Shown piece after piece: positions 1 through 11,632 of a stretch of 19,370 nucleotides of DNA (its first letter is position 1; the number at the start of each line of letters is the position of its first letter). The notes below the pieces were generated by a model. It was not told the DNA's origin. It saw nothing but the letters and a program-made list of their open reading frames with translations, and searched no databases. The position numbers and the translations under genes are program-made. Source of the DNA: a virus (lineage: Duplodnaviria; Heunggongvirae; Uroviricota; Caudoviricetes); the IMG/VR virus record IMGVR_UViG_2513237361_000014; one strand, given 5' to 3'.

Positions 1-300
1 ATGTCTCAGCCAGCGAAAGTTTTGCTGCTGTATGCCCATCCGGAATCTCAGGACTCGGTGGCAAACCGGGTACTGCTTAAACCGGCCACGCAGCTCAGCA
101 ATGTTACCGTGCACGACCTTTACGCGCACTATCCCGATTTTTTTATTGATATTCCCCGTGAGCAGGCATTACTGCGTGAGCACGAGGTGATTGTTTTTCA
201 GCATCCGCTTTATACCTACAGTTGCCCGGCGTTACTGAAAGAGTGGCTTGACCGGGTGTTAAGCCGTGGGTTTGCCAGCGGGCCCGTCAGCACCAGCTGA
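1..300 (+). pseudogene. kefG: KefG (K+ efflux ancillary protein) 5' fragment; KefG-like sequence ends near 285, then the frame runs 5 more codons to a stop
   Basis: Translation [94 protein letters not shown] matches my recollection of the KefG N-terminus. The tail PVSTS plus stop is unrelated, and only about 95 codons are present where roughly 184 are expected. Confidence 0.6.
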
Positions 301-524
301 TTGGTCAGTTTGCTGCGCTGAAGCAGCCACAGTCGGGAGCCGTAACGGTCATTCTGTACCGCAGGCCAGGTATCCCCCCACCATCCCATCGGGACGTCGG
401 CGTTGTCATCAGGCTCCGCCCGCCGCCAGGTAAACAGGGAAATCACCACGGCGCGGGTCAGCGGATCCAGCGGTGCGCTGGCGCAGGTGCGTTTACCGTT
501 CACCGTCAGCCACAGTTCCATCAT
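216..524 (-). pseudogene. Phage baseplate/tail protein, 3'-disrupted (Mu gp46-like by position); last ~23 codons read antisense through kefG
   Basis: ORF directly follows the two baseplate genes on the same strand with a 4-bp start/stop overlap at 521-524. The first ~80 codons are phage-like; the assignment is by gene order, not recognised sequence. Confidence 0.35.
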
Positions 525-1069
525 GCCTCCATCGCTTTATCAGGTTTGTCGGTGTTACTGCCCTGACCGTTCTCTCTGTGACGATGCCCGTTATAGGCAA
601 GCCGCATCGCTGACATGGTGGTGCCGCCGGAGTCGCACAGGTCTTTCACCTGTCCGGTCACTTCCAGATCCATTTCAAAACGTGCTTCAGGTGCATTGCG
701 AAACGTGATCGTTTTCCCTGCACCGTCCACCACGATCCCCTCCCGGGTCAGCGTCACAGACTGCCCCTGATCGTCATAGACAGCCACCTCACCCGTTTGC
801 AGCCCTTTCAGGCGGTAGCGCCGGTCCGACACCGTAACAACCACCGCATGAGAACGGTCGCCATCCGGAAACAACACCACCGCTTCCGCACCGCTGTTTG
901 CCCTTGCGGTAAAACCGTAGGGTTCAAGATATTCAACCCCGGCTTTGGGTTCACCGGCAATCAGGGACACATCCACGGTCTGACATTTCGTGGCGGCACT
1001 GATGCTTTTCACCACTGCCCGCCCAATCAGGCCGAGAAGTTGTCGCTGCATGGCTTCAATCGTCCTCAT
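521..1069 (-). CDS. Phage baseplate assembly/spike protein V-like (Mu gp45-like)
   Basis: 182-aa ORF whose C-terminal region (CDSGGTTMSAMRLAYNGHRH) resembles the spike-apex region of gpV-type proteins as I recall it. Its start overlaps the upstream gene by one base at 1069. Confidence 0.55.
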   Translation of the reverse strand: MRTIEAMQRQLLGLIGRAVVKSISAATKCQTVDVSLIAGEPKAGVEYLEPYGFTARANSGAEAVVLFPDGDRSHAVVVTVSDRRYRLKGLQTGEVAVYDDQGQSVTLTREGIVVDGAGKTITFRNAPEARFEMDLEVTGQVKDLCDSGGTTMSAMRLAYNGHRHRENGQGSNTDKPDKAMEA

Positions 1070-2091
1070 CAGAACGGGTCCTCCTGTACTCTGGCTTTTT
1101 TCTTTTTCCGCGCGCCGGGGGCTTCGGGTTCAGGCAGATAAGCGTCAGGCGGGCCGACACGGATTTCCGTCAGGGTGCCGTTCTGGTCCTGAGTAAACGT
1201 GACTTCCGAGACAAGCAGTTCGGTATTGTCGAAACCACAGACCGGATCGAAGACAATCACCCGCTGGTTGGGCTGCCACAGCGTACCGTTACCCTGTCGC
1301 CAGCCCTGCACCACATAGGTGGTTTCATCCGTCCGCGCCGCCCGTTTTCGGGCTTCAAAGTCAGCACGCGCAATACAGCCTGCCCCCGTGGCCTGCCCTG
1401 TCTGCCTGATATACATCGGACGGTAACGGGCAATAAATGCGTCCTCTGTGCGGGCCCGCAGCGCGGTGGTGGTGGCCTCACCGAAATCATCGTCGTTTCC
1501 GGCACGCTGCCCCGCCACCTGGTAAACAGAAAACCGCTCCCGGATACTCTTCTCCGTATCGCAGGAAAGGATGTTTTCCCCGAGTACCAGCGCAGTATGT
1601 GCCCGCGTTGAGCCAATACCACCAATCACCAGCCTGCCGTGCGGGTCGTCGTAAGCCAGTGCCTGCTGCTGACCGAGTATTTTGTTGATTACCTCAATCA
1701 CCGTTTCACCGTGATCGGGCTGGACGTCAGGAATAACACCCGACGGCGCACCGCTGTTCACCACCTCAATGCCGAAAGGCGCAGCAAGCGCCTGCGCAAT
1801 CTGCACCAGCGAGCGTCCGTTAAACTGTGTCGGTTCGGCTGCACAGTCAATCAGGTCAGCCGTCAGACTACGTCCGGCAATACCGGTGCTGACCGAACGG
1901 GCATCGTAACGAACGGGAGTCGCCTCCACCCAGCCGGTGCTCACCAGCTCATCACCAATCAGCACTTCCACTTTTGAACCGTTTTTAATGCGCGGCTGAA
2001 GCGTGGTGATACCCTCATCTCCCGGCCATTGGCGAGTGATCTCCACACTGAAATCCCGCGCCAGCCGTTCAATACCGGCACCGATGCGCAC
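1069..2091 (-). CDS. Phage baseplate hub / late-control-D-like protein (Mu gp44-like), probably 5'-truncated
   Basis: 340-aa ORF from a GTG at 2091. The frame stays open upstream to 2142 ([23 protein letters not shown]...) with no start codon before it runs antisense into the tuf start, so the native N-terminus appears to be missing. Confidence 0.5.
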   Translation of the reverse strand: MRIGAGIERLARDFSVEITRQWPGDEGITTLQPRIKNGSKVEVLIGDELVSTGWVEATPVRYDARSVSTGIAGRSLTADLIDCAAEPTQFNGRSLVQIAQALAAPFGIEVVNSGAPSGVIPDVQPDHGETVIEVINKILGQQQALAYDDPHGRLVIGGIGSTRAHTALVLGENILSCDTEKSIRERFSVYQVAGQRAGNDDDFGEATTTALRARTEDAFIARYRPMYIRQTGQATGAGCIARADFEARKRAARTDETTYVVQGWRQGNGTLWQPNQRVIVFDPVCGFDNTELLVSEVTFTQDQNGTLTEIRVGPPDAYLPEPEAPGARKKKKARVQEDPF

Positions 2092-2135
2092 CGATGTCCA
2101 GCCATTCCACTCCCGGCCATTTACCCGTAGCGTGA

Positions 2136-3322
<1,187 letters not shown>

Positions 3323-3326
3323 TTAG

Positions 3327-3677
3327 ACCCTTCGCCAGCGTCAGCAACGGCTGGATGCGAAGGTTAACCTGGCGGGCGGCATCAACGAGGATTTTTATCT
3401 TGCACAGCTTGCTGCCCTGGGCAGGCCAGATGCCACCATCACGCGATACGACAAAAGCACCTTCACCTGCTCATCGGCCTGTACTGACGCGGTGAATGCG
3501 CCGGAATGGCGGTATTACTGGCAGATCAACATGCCAGCCGCCACCAACACCACCTGGATGACATGTGGCGATCCCTGTGATTCCGCACTGCGTATCTGGG
3601 GCGACACCGTTGTCGAGTGTGTGCTTAACAAACTCTGCCCGTCGCATACCTACGTAATTTTTAAATATCCGGAGTAA
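3327..3677 (+). pseudogene. Phage tail/baseplate protein C-terminal fragment (gene preceding the tail fibre; Mu gp48-like by position)
   Basis: Frame opens immediately after the tuf stop region with no start codon for ~55 codons and ends ...[13 protein letters not shown] at 3677, 3 bp before the tail-fibre ATG. The ORF track's 3492..3677 is the Met-initiated part of this frame. Confidence 0.35.
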
Positions 3678-3680
3678 TCC

Positions 3681-4031
3681 ATGCATCGCATAGACACTAA
3701 AACCGCGCAGAAGGATAAGTTCGGCGCGGGTAAGAACGGTTTTACTCGTGGTAACCCCCAGACTGGCACACCTGCCACCGATCTGGATGATGACTACTTT
3801 GATATGTTGCAGGAAGAACTCTGCAGCGTGGTGGAGGCATCCGGTGCCAGCCTGGAGAAGGGGCGAAACGACCAGTTGCTTACCGCGCTTCGTGCTCTGC
3901 TGTTAAGCCGCAAGAATCCGTTTGGTGATATCAAATCGGATGGCACGGTGAAAACGGCTCTCGAAAACCTCAAGGGCTGCCGTTTTGTGTTTCAGAATTC
4001 TGTTATGTATTACTGCTGTTTGCGGCGATGA
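3681..4031 (+). pseudogene. Phage tail-fibre protein N-terminal fragment; after ~3965-4002 the frame is antisense to bamD
   Basis: ATG at 3681 with a GGAG Shine-Dalgarno upstream. N-terminus [51 protein letters not shown] resembles tail-fibre N-terminal domains. Only ~105 codons are present before the bamD stop. Confidence 0.45.
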
Positions 4032-4740
4032 TTTTCGCGACTTTTTCAGCTTGTGCATTCATCTGCATCTGACGGTAAGCATTTTCCATTAGTGGCAGAG
4101 CATCACGTGTAGCCTGAGTATCCGGGAAATCACGCAGCATGCCTTCTACACGGTTAACGACAGCAACCCATGCGCCGCGTTCTGTATAGTACTCGGCAAC
4201 AGAGTATTCATATTTCGCCAGGCGATCTTTCAGGAACACCAGACGTTTGGTTGCATCGGTGGTGTACTGACTGTTCGGATAGCCGCGAACTAATTTGGAA
4301 AAGTCACTAAACGCAGCTCGAGCATGTTGAGGATCGCGATCGCTACGGTCAACGCCAAAGAATCCTTGTAGCGCACTGTCATCCAGTGCCATATTGGTCA
4401 GGCCACGCATATACATGACATAATCGATATTCGGATGGGTCGGGTTCAGGCGAATAAAACGATCGATGGCAGCCTGTGCTAACGGCAGATCGGCGTTTTT
4501 ATAATAGGCGTAGATGAGATCCAACTGCACCTGCTGTGAATACGGACCAAACGGATAGCGATTATCTAACGCTTCCAGTTGCGTTATTGCCTGTCTCCAG
4601 TTACCGTCCTGCAGCTTTTGTTGTGCAGTCGCGTAAATTTCATTTGGCGGATTATCAGGTACTTCTTCCTTTGAACCCGAGCAACCCGCCAAAAACAGGC
4701 TTAATGTGGCGGCTGCCACCAGATATTTCATGCGCGTCAT
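4003..4740 (-). CDS. bamD: Outer-membrane protein assembly factor BamD (YfiO)
   Basis: 245-aa ORF with lipoprotein signal peptide and lipobox ([11 protein letters not shown]), TPR-like body, C-terminus ...[13 protein letters not shown]. Confidence 0.92.
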   Translation of the reverse strand: MTRMKYLVAAATLSLFLAGCSGSKEEVPDNPPNEIYATAQQKLQDGNWRQAITQLEALDNRYPFGPYSQQVQLDLIYAYYKNADLPLAQAAIDRFIRLNPTHPNIDYVMYMRGLTNMALDDSALQGFFGVDRSDRDPQHARAAFSDFSKLVRGYPNSQYTTDATKRLVFLKDRLAKYEYSVAEYYTERGAWVAVVNRVEGMLRDFPDTQATRDALPLMENAYRQMQMNAQAEKVAKIIAANSSNT

Positions 4741-4874
4741 GACGTTTTGACTTTCCTCAAAATGTATTACGGGAGATTCTCTGTTCCTGCTCCCGGTTAA
4801 GACCAGCTACAATAGCACACTATATTAAACGGCAAAGCCGTAAAACCCCAACGATAAACGAAGAAGCAGTATAT

Positions 4875-5855
4875 ATGGCACAACGAGTACAACTCACTGC
4901 AACAGTGTCCGAAAACCAACTCGGTCAACGCTTAGATCAAGCTTTGGCCGAAATGTTCCCGGATTATTCACGTTCGCGGATAAAAGAATGGATCCTCGAC
5001 CAGCGCGTGCTGGTTAACGGCAAAGTTTGTGATAAGCCGAAAGAAAAAGTATTGGGTGGCGAGCAGGTTGCCATCAACGCCGAAATTGAAGAAGAAGCGC
5101 GTTTTGAACCGCAGGATATCCCACTGGATATCGTCTATGAAGATGAAGACATCATTGTTATTAATAAACCGCGCGACCTGGTTGTACATCCTGGCGCGGG
5201 TAACCCTGATGGCACGGTGTTGAATGCGTTGCTTCATTACTATCCGCCAATTGCAGATGTTCCGCGTGCGGGCATTGTCCATCGTTTGGATAAAGACACG
5301 ACGGGTTTGATGGTTGTGGCAAAAACGGTTCCAGCTCAGACGCGTTTGGTGGAGTCTCTGCAACGGCGTGAAATTACCCGTGAGTACGAAGCCGTAGCGA
5401 TTGGTCATATGACTGCGGGTGGCACGGTGGACGAGCCAATCAGCCGCCATCCCACCAAACGCACCCATATGGCGGTGCATCCGATGGGCAAACCAGCGGT
5501 CACTCACTATCGCATCATGGAACACTTCCGTGTGCACACGCGTCTGCGGTTGCGTCTCGAAACAGGACGTACGCATCAGATCCGCGTGCATATGGCGCAT
5601 ATCACTCATCCGCTGGTGGGTGATCCGGTTTATGGTGGTCGCCCGCGTCCGCCGAAGGGGGCGTCGGAAGCGTTTATCTCCACGCTGCGTAAGTTTGATC
5701 GTCAGGCGCTTCACGCAACGATGCTACGTCTCTATCACCCGATTTCCGGTATCGAAATGGAATGGCACGCGCCTATCCCACAAGATATGGTTGAACTGAT
5801 TGAGGTGATGCGCGCCGATTTCGAAGAGCATAAGGATGAAGTGGACTGGTTATGA
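4875..5855 (+). CDS. rluD: 23S rRNA pseudouridine synthase RluD
   Basis: 326-aa ORF with N-terminal S4-like region and a pseudouridine-synthase core (HRLDKDTTGLMVVAK). It sits divergent from bamD, as in the E. coli chromosome. Confidence 0.92.
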   Translation: MAQRVQLTATVSENQLGQRLDQALAEMFPDYSRSRIKEWILDQRVLVNGKVCDKPKEKVLGGEQVAINAEIEEEARFEPQDIPLDIVYEDEDIIVINKPRDLVVHPGAGNPDGTVLNALLHYYPPIADVPRAGIVHRLDKDTTGLMVVAKTVPAQTRLVESLQRREITREYEAVAIGHMTAGGTVDEPISRHPTKRTHMAVHPMGKPAVTHYRIMEHFRVHTRLRLRLETGRTHQIRVHMAHITHPLVGDPVYGGRPRPPKGASEAFISTLRKFDRQALHATMLRLYHPISGIEMEWHAPIPQDMVELIEVMRADFEEHKDEVDWL

Positions 5856-6583
5856 GTAAGTTGATTGTCCCGCAGTGGCCGTTGCCAAAAGGTGTTGCGG
5901 CCTGTAGCTCTACCCGTATTGGCGGCGTTAGCTTACCGCCTTACGATTCTCTCAATCTGGGGGCCCATTGTGGTGATAACCCGGAACACGTTGAGGAGAA
6001 TCGCAGGCGACTTTTTGCTGCGGGCAATTTGCCTTCAAAACCGGTCTGGCTTGAGCAGGTACATGGGAAAGATGTTCTAAGGCTTACTGGCGAACCTTAT
6101 GCCTCTAAACGGGCGGATGCATCTTATAGCAACACACCTGGCACGGTTTGCGCTGTGATGACTGCCGACTGCCTGCCTGTGCTGTTTTGCAACCGTGCGG
6201 GAACGGAAGTCGCCGCTGCTCATGCTGGCTGGCGTGGACTTTGCGCTGGTGTGCTGGAGGAGACAGTTTCTTGTTTTGCTGATAAGCCAGAAAACATTCT
6301 TGCCTGGTTGGGACCCGCAATTGGTCCGCGCGCCTTTGAAGTGGGGCCGGAGGTTCGCGAGGCATTTATGGCAGTAGATGCCAAAGCGAGCGAGGCTTTC
6401 ATTCAGCGTGGTGATAAATATCTGGCGGATATTTATCTGCTTGCCCGGCAGCGTCTGGCGAACGTCGGTGTTGAACAAATTTTCGGTGGTAATCGCTGTA
6501 CATACACTGAAAATGAGACTTTCTTCTCTTATCGTCGCGACAAGTGCACGGGTCGTATGGCAAGTTTCATTTGGCTGATATAA
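5852..6583 (+). CDS. pgeF: YfiH/PgeF (laccase-domain protein, DUF152 family)
   Basis: 243-aa ORF whose start overlaps the rluD stop by ATGA, matching the conserved rluD-yfiH-clpB gene order. Confidence 0.88.
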   Translation: MSKLIVPQWPLPKGVAACSSTRIGGVSLPPYDSLNLGAHCGDNPEHVEENRRRLFAAGNLPSKPVWLEQVHGKDVLRLTGEPYASKRADASYSNTPGTVCAVMTADCLPVLFCNRAGTEVAAAHAGWRGLCAGVLEETVSCFADKPENILAWLGPAIGPRAFEVGPEVREAFMAVDAKASEAFIQRGDKYLADIYLLARQRLANVGVEQIFGGNRCTYTENETFFSYRRDKCTGRMASFIWLI

Positions 6584-6644
6584 CCTAAAGAATCAAGACG
6601 ATCCGGTACGCGTGATTTTCTTTTCACATTAATCTGGTCAATAA

Positions 6645-6674
6645 CCTTGAATAATTGAGGGATGACCTCATTTA
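6645..6674 (+). promoter_or_regulatory. Sigma-32 (heat-shock) promoter of clpB
   Basis: CCTTGAA at 6645-6651, a 14-bp spacer, then CCTCATTTA at 6666-6674, fitting the sigma-32 consensus (CTTGAAA ... CCCCATnT), about 40 bp upstream of the clpB start. Confidence 0.6.
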
Positions 6675-6712
6675 ATCTCCAGTAGCAACTTTGATCCGTT
6701 ATGGGAGGAGTT

Positions 6713-9286
6713 ATGCGTCTGGATCGTCTTACTAACAAATTCCAGCTTGCTCTTGCCGATGCCCAATCACTTGCACTCGGGCACGACAACCAATTCATCG
6801 AACCACTTCATTTAATGAGCGCCCTGCTGAATCAGGAAGGGGGTTCGGTTAGTCCTTTATTAACATCCGCTGGCATTAATGCTGGCCAATTGCGCACAGA
6901 TATCAATCAGGCATTAAATCGTTTACCGCAGGTTGAAGGTACAGGGGGCGATGTCCAGCCTTCACAGGATCTGGTGCGCGTTCTTAATCTTTGCGACAAG
7001 CTGGCGCAAAAACGTGGTGATAACTTTATCTCGTCAGAACTGTTTGTTCTGGCGGCACTTGAGTCTCGCGGCACGCTGGCCGACATCCTGAAAGCAGCAG
7101 GGGCGACCACCGCCAACATTACTCAAGCGATTGAACAAATGCGTGGAGGTGAAAGCGTGAATGATCAAGGAGCCGAAGACCAACGTCAGGCTTTGAAAAA
7201 ATATACCATTGACCTTACCGAACGTGCCGAACAAGGTAAACTCGATCCGGTAATTGGTCGTGATGAAGAAATTCGTCGTACCATTCAGGTACTGCAACGC
7301 CGTACTAAAAATAACCCGGTACTGATCGGTGAACCTGGTGTCGGTAAAACCGCCATCGTTGAAGGTTTGGCGCAGCGTATTATCAATGGCGAAGTACCGG
7401 AAGGGCTGAAAGGCCGCCGCGTACTGGCGCTGGATATGGGCGCGCTGGTGGCTGGGGCGAAATATCGTGGTGAGTTTGAAGAACGTCTGAAAGGCGTGCT
7501 GAACGATCTGTCGAAACAGGAAGGCAACGTCATTCTGTTTATCGATGAGCTGCACACCATGGTGGGCGCAGGTAAAGCCGATGGCGCAATGGACGCCGGG
7601 AATATGCTGAAACCGGCACTGGCCCGTGGTGAACTGCACTGCGTGGGCGCGACCACCCTTGATGAATATCGCCAGTACATTGAAAAAGATGCGGCGCTGG
7701 AGCGTCGTTTCCAGAAAGTGTTTGTTGCCGAGCCAACGGTGGAAGACACCATTGCTATTCTGCGTGGCCTGAAAGAACGTTACGAGCTGCACCACCATGT
7801 GCAAATTACTGACCCGGCAATTGTTGCAGCGGCGACGTTGTCTCATCGCTACATTGCTGACCGTCAGTTGCCAGATAAAGCCATCGACCTGATCGATGAA
7901 GCGGCATCCAGTATCCGTATGCAGATTGACTCAAAACCGGAAGAGCTTGACCGACTCGATCGTCGAATTATCCAGCTTAAGCTGGAACAACAGGCGTTAA
8001 TGAAAGAGTCTGATGAAGCCAGTAAAAAACGTCTGGATATGCTCAATGAAGAACTGAGTGACAAAGAACGCCAGTACTCTGAGTTAGAAGAGGAGTGGAA
8101 AGCAGAGAAAGCGTCACTCTCTGGCACCCAGACCATTAAAGCCGAACTGGAACAGGCGAAAATCGCCATTGAACAGGCGCGCCGTGTAGGTGATCTGGCG
8201 CGGATGTCCGAACTGCAATACGGCAAAATTCCGGAGCTCGAAAAACAACTGGAAGCGGCTACACAGCTCGAAGGCAAAACCATGCGTCTGTTGCGTAATA
8301 AAGTGACTGACGCAGAAATTGCTGAAGTGTTGGCGCGTTGGACGGGCATTCCTGTTTCTCGCATGATGGAAAGTGAGCGCGAAAAACTGCTGCGTATGGA
8401 GCAAGAACTGCACCATCGTGTTATTGGCCAAAACGAAGCCGTTGATGCGGTATCTAACGCCATTCGTCGTAGCCGTGCGGGGCTTGCGGATCCTAATCGC
8501 CCGATTGGTTCGTTCTTGTTCCTCGGTCCAACGGGTGTAGGTAAAACCGAACTCTGTAAGGCGCTGGCGAATTTTATGTTCGACAGTGACGAGGCGATGG
8601 TTCGTATCGATATGTCCGAGTTTATGGAGAAACACTCGGTGTCTCGTCTGGTTGGTGCACCTCCGGGATATGTGGGTTATGAAGAAGGTGGCTACCTGAC
8701 TGAAGCGGTGCGTCGTCGTCCTTATTCCGTCATTCTGCTGGATGAAGTGGAAAAAGCGCATCCGGATGTATTCAACATTCTGTTGCAGGTTCTGGATGAC
8801 GGACGTCTGACTGATGGGCAGGGGAGAACGGTCGATTTCCGTAATACGGTGGTCATTATGACCTCTAACCTCGGCTCCGATCTGATCCAGGAACGTTTCG
8901 GTGAACTGGATTATGCGCGCATGAAAGAGCTGGTGCTCGGCGTGGTTAGCCATAACTTCCGTCCGGAATTCATAAACCGTATTGATGAAGTTGTGGTCTT
9001 CCACCCGTTGGGTGAACAACATATCGCTTCGATTGCCCAGATCCAGTTGAAACGTCTGTACAAACGTCTGGAAGAACGTGGTTATGAAATCCACATTTCT
9101 GACGAGGCACTGAAACTGCTGAGCGAGAATGGTTACGATCCGGTTTATGGTGCACGTCCTCTGAAACGTGCTATCCAGCAACAGATCGAAAACCCGCTGG
9201 CGCAGCAAATACTGTCTGGTGAATTGGTTCCTGGCAAAGTCATTCGCCTGGAAGTTAATGAAGACCGCATTGTCGCCGTCCAGTAA
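6713..9286 (+). CDS. clpB: Chaperone ClpB (Hsp100 disaggregase)
   Basis: ATG at 6713 preceded by GGGAGGAG. Translation [18 protein letters not shown]..., two AAA+ modules with Walker A motifs ([16 protein letters not shown]), a coiled-coil middle domain, C-terminus ...EDRIVAVQ. The ORF track's 6701 start adds 4 codons that are probably not used. Confidence 0.95.
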   Translation: MRLDRLTNKFQLALADAQSLALGHDNQFIEPLHLMSALLNQEGGSVSPLLTSAGINAGQLRTDINQALNRLPQVEGTGGDVQPSQDLVRVLNLCDKLAQKRGDNFISSELFVLAALESRGTLADILKAAGATTANITQAIEQMRGGESVNDQGAEDQRQALKKYTIDLTERAEQGKLDPVIGRDEEIRRTIQVLQRRTKNNPVLIGEPGVGKTAIVEGLAQRIINGEVPEGLKGRRVLALDMGALVAGAKYRGEFEERLKGVLNDLSKQEGNVILFIDELHTMVGAGKADGAMDAGNMLKPALARGELHCVGATTLDEYRQYIEKDAALERRFQKVFVAEPTVEDTIAILRGLKERYELHHHVQITDPAIVAAATLSHRYIADRQLPDKAIDLIDEAASSIRMQIDSKPEELDRLDRRIIQLKLEQQALMKESDEASKKRLDMLNEELSDKERQYSELEEEWKAEKASLSGTQTIKAELEQAKIAIEQARRVGDLARMSELQYGKIPELEKQLEAATQLEGKTMRLLRNKVTDAEIAEVLARWTGIPVSRMMESEREKLLRMEQELHHRVIGQNEAVDAVSNAIRRSRAGLADPNRPIGSFLFLGPTGVGKTELCKALANFMFDSDEAMVRIDMSEFMEKHSVSRLVGAPPGYVGYEEGGYLTEAVRRRPYSVILLDEVEKAHPDVFNILLQVLDDGRLTDGQGRTVDFRNTVVIMTSNLGSDLIQERFGELDYARMKELVLGVVSHNFRPEFINRIDEVVVFHPLGEQHIASIAQIQLKRLYKRLEERGYEIHISDEALKLLSENGYDPVYGARPLKRAIQQQIENPLAQQILSGELVPGKVIRLEVNEDRIVAVQ

Positions 9287-9294
9287 ATGATAAA

Positions 9295-9322
9295 ACGAGT
9301 CCTTCGGGGCTCGTTTCTGTCT
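9295..9322 (+). terminator. Rho-independent terminator downstream of clpB
   Basis: 8-bp stem ACGAGTCC / GGGCTCGT with a TTCG tetraloop, followed by a T-rich tract (TTCTGTCT), 9 bp after the clpB stop. Confidence 0.65.
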
Positions 9323-9396
9323 ATAAGTTAGACGGAAAAGACCATGCTCGGGGTGTTTTGCCTGAAAATTGAGCGAACGATAAAGTTTTTATATTT

Positions 9397-10509
9397 TTCG
9401 TGCGTTGCGTAAACATGGTTGCTGATCTGTGGCACGCGCCTGCGCCGAAAAACGGTCAGGCCGTTGGCACCAACACCATTGGTTCTTCCGAGGCCTGTAT
9501 GCTCGGCGGGATGGCGATGAAATGGCGTTGGCGCAAGCGTATGGAAGCCGCAGGTAAACCGACCGATAAACCAAACCTGGTGTGCGGCCCGGTGCAAATC
9601 TGCTGGCATAAATTCGCCCGTTACTGGGATGTGGAGCTGCGCGAGATCCCTATGCGCCCCGGTCAGTTGTTTATGGATCCGAAACGGATGATTGAGGCCT
9701 GCGACGAAAACACCATCGGCGTGGTGCCGACTTTCGGCGTGACCTACACCGGTAACTATGAGTTCCCGCAACCGCTGCACGATGCGCTGGATAAATTCCA
9801 GGCCGACACCGGTATCGACATCGATATGCATATCGACGCTGCCAGCGGTGGCTTCCTGGCACCGTTCGTCGCCCCGGATATCGTCTGGGACTTCCGCCTG
9901 CCACGCGTGAAATCGATCAGTGCTTCTGGTCATAAATTTGGTCTGGCTCCGCTGGGCTGCGGCTGGGTTATCTGGCGTGACGAAGAAGCACTGCCGAAAG
10001 AGCTGGTGTTTAACGTTGACTATCTCGGCGGGCAAATCGGGACTTTTGCCATCAACTTCTCGCGTCCGGCGGGTCAGGTGATTGCCCAGTACTATGAATT
10101 CCTGCGCCTCGGTCGAGAAGGCTACACCAAAGTGCAGAACGCCTCTTATCAGGTCGCCACTTACCTGGCGGATGAAATCGCTAAACTGGGACCGTATGAG
10201 TTCATCTGCACCGGTCGCCCGGACGAAGGTATCCCGGCGGTTTGCTTCAAACTGAAAGACGGGGAAGATCCGGGATACACCCTGTATGACCTCTCTGAAC
10301 GTCTGCGCCTGCGCGGCTGGCAGGTTCCAGCCTTCACCCTTGGCGGTGAAGCCACTGACATCGTGGTGATGCGTATTATGTGTCGTCGTGGCTTCGAAAT
10401 GGACTTCGCTGAACTGTTGCTGGAAGACTACAAAGCCTCCCTGAAATACCTCAGCGATCACCCGAAACTGCAGGGTATTGCCCAGCAGAACAGTTTTAAA
10501 CATACCTGA
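9397..10509 (+). pseudogene. Glutamate decarboxylase (GadA/GadB-type) lacking the first ~95-100 codons and any promoter
   Basis: Translation ...[36 protein letters not shown]... through [19 protein letters not shown] (PLP-lysine region) to ...[11 protein letters not shown]. Similarity begins abruptly about 110 bp after the clpB terminator. I cannot tell gadA from gadB. Confidence 0.85.
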
Positions 10510-10556
10510 TAACCTTGTATTAATCTAATTTTTTATTTTTTTATCAATAGGTTACA

Positions 10557-11153
10557 TTAAGCCTCTTCTCTTTTTAAATTTTCATTTATTAGATTATTTC
10601 TTTCCCATAATCCGGCAAAACGTGCGGCATTACTGGCGGTATAACGCACAGTATGGCGAATATTTCGATGCCCCAGATAATCCTGAATTAAACGAGTATC
10701 TGCACCGCGCTCGGCCAGTTCATAACCGCAAGCATGTCTTAACATATGAGGGTGAGTCTGCGTCACGGTTCCAGCTTCAACACCCGCATCACGAATGATG
10801 CGATAGGCCTGCTGGCGAGAAAGTCGGCTTCCACGACGAGAAATAAATATGGCATCGGTCTGGTCAGCACCTTTCCAGTTAGAACGTTCAAGGGTCCAGC
10901 GTTCTACAGCCTCACGCTCGTCGAAACGTAGTGGATGGACAGTAGAAAATCCGTTCTTCAGCCGACGAATATTTATCCGGCCTTCATTGAGATCAAGATC
11001 CTGATAATGAAGATCAAGTAGCTCACTAATACGCATCCCGTGCCGATATGCCAACAGAATAAGACAATAATCTCTGGCTCCCGTTGCCCCATAGCAAACC
11101 GCTTGCATCATTGCCTGAACTTCTTTACCGGTAAGATAGCGACGTTTACTCAC
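10557..11153 (-). CDS. fimE: Type 1 fimbriae switch recombinase FimE (tyrosine recombinase)
   Basis: 198-aa ORF MSKRRYLTGKEVQAMMQAV...HPHMLRHACGYELAERGADTRLIQDYLGHRNIRHTVRYT, with the tyrosine-recombinase R..HxxR..Y signature. Confidence 0.92.
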   Translation of the reverse strand: MSKRRYLTGKEVQAMMQAVCYGATGARDYCLILLAYRHGMRISELLDLHYQDLDLNEGRINIRRLKNGFSTVHPLRFDEREAVERWTLERSNWKGADQTDAIFISRRGSRLSRQQAYRIIRDAGVEAGTVTQTHPHMLRHACGYELAERGADTRLIQDYLGHRNIRHTVRYTASNAARFAGLWERNNLINENLKREEA

Positions 11154-11632
11154 AATAGTAGTACTCCTGAACTGGGTTATATTTGAATGAATACCTATAG
11201 GAAAACCTCAATCGGTTAAAATTAGCCCAATAGATAAAAAGATAATCACACACGACATTGAGCGATTATCAGACGTTCACATTAAATATCATACAAAAAT
11301 AAAATATCACTGATGTGACAAAATCTATTTTCATTGATTTAATTCAATATAACAATAGAGTAAACAGAATTAACTTCCAGTTGCTTAAAAAATAAAGAAA
11401 AAAACACAATGAGGTAAGAACTTAGGTGATGTGTAAATTTATGAATGATTTTGTTTGTTTATTTTAAAAAAATAAAACCATTGTGGTTTGTATGGCTGTG
11501 GTTAAACCAATGTTTATTCTGATAATTAATGATTATACTTACAATAACATCAATTAATAAATGGTTAATTATTATTGATACATCGTAAGAATAATGTAGT
11601 TTTTAACACCATCCATGGTATCTCATCCGTTT

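Noticed and set aside
4968-5714. 248-aa minus-strand ORF opposite rluD
   Set aside because: Antisense to a confidently identified rluD; no start context or protein-like composition.
7034-9208. Long minus-strand ORFs inside clpB (7034..7846, 7285..7752, 7864..8463, 8114..9208)
   Set aside because: They lie antisense to a clearly identified full-length clpB and have low-complexity, Arg/Ser/Cys-rich translations typical of shadow ORFs.
9328-10503. 391-aa minus-strand ORF covering the gad region
   Set aside because: Antisense to a reading frame that translates to an unmistakable glutamate decarboxylase; composition is implausible for a protein.
10510-10556. Possible fim switch (fimS) downstream of fimE
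   Set aside because: Only 47 bp separate fimE from the gad stop, and I did not find the 9-bp switch inverted repeat TTGGGGCCA by inspection here or elsewhere in the window.
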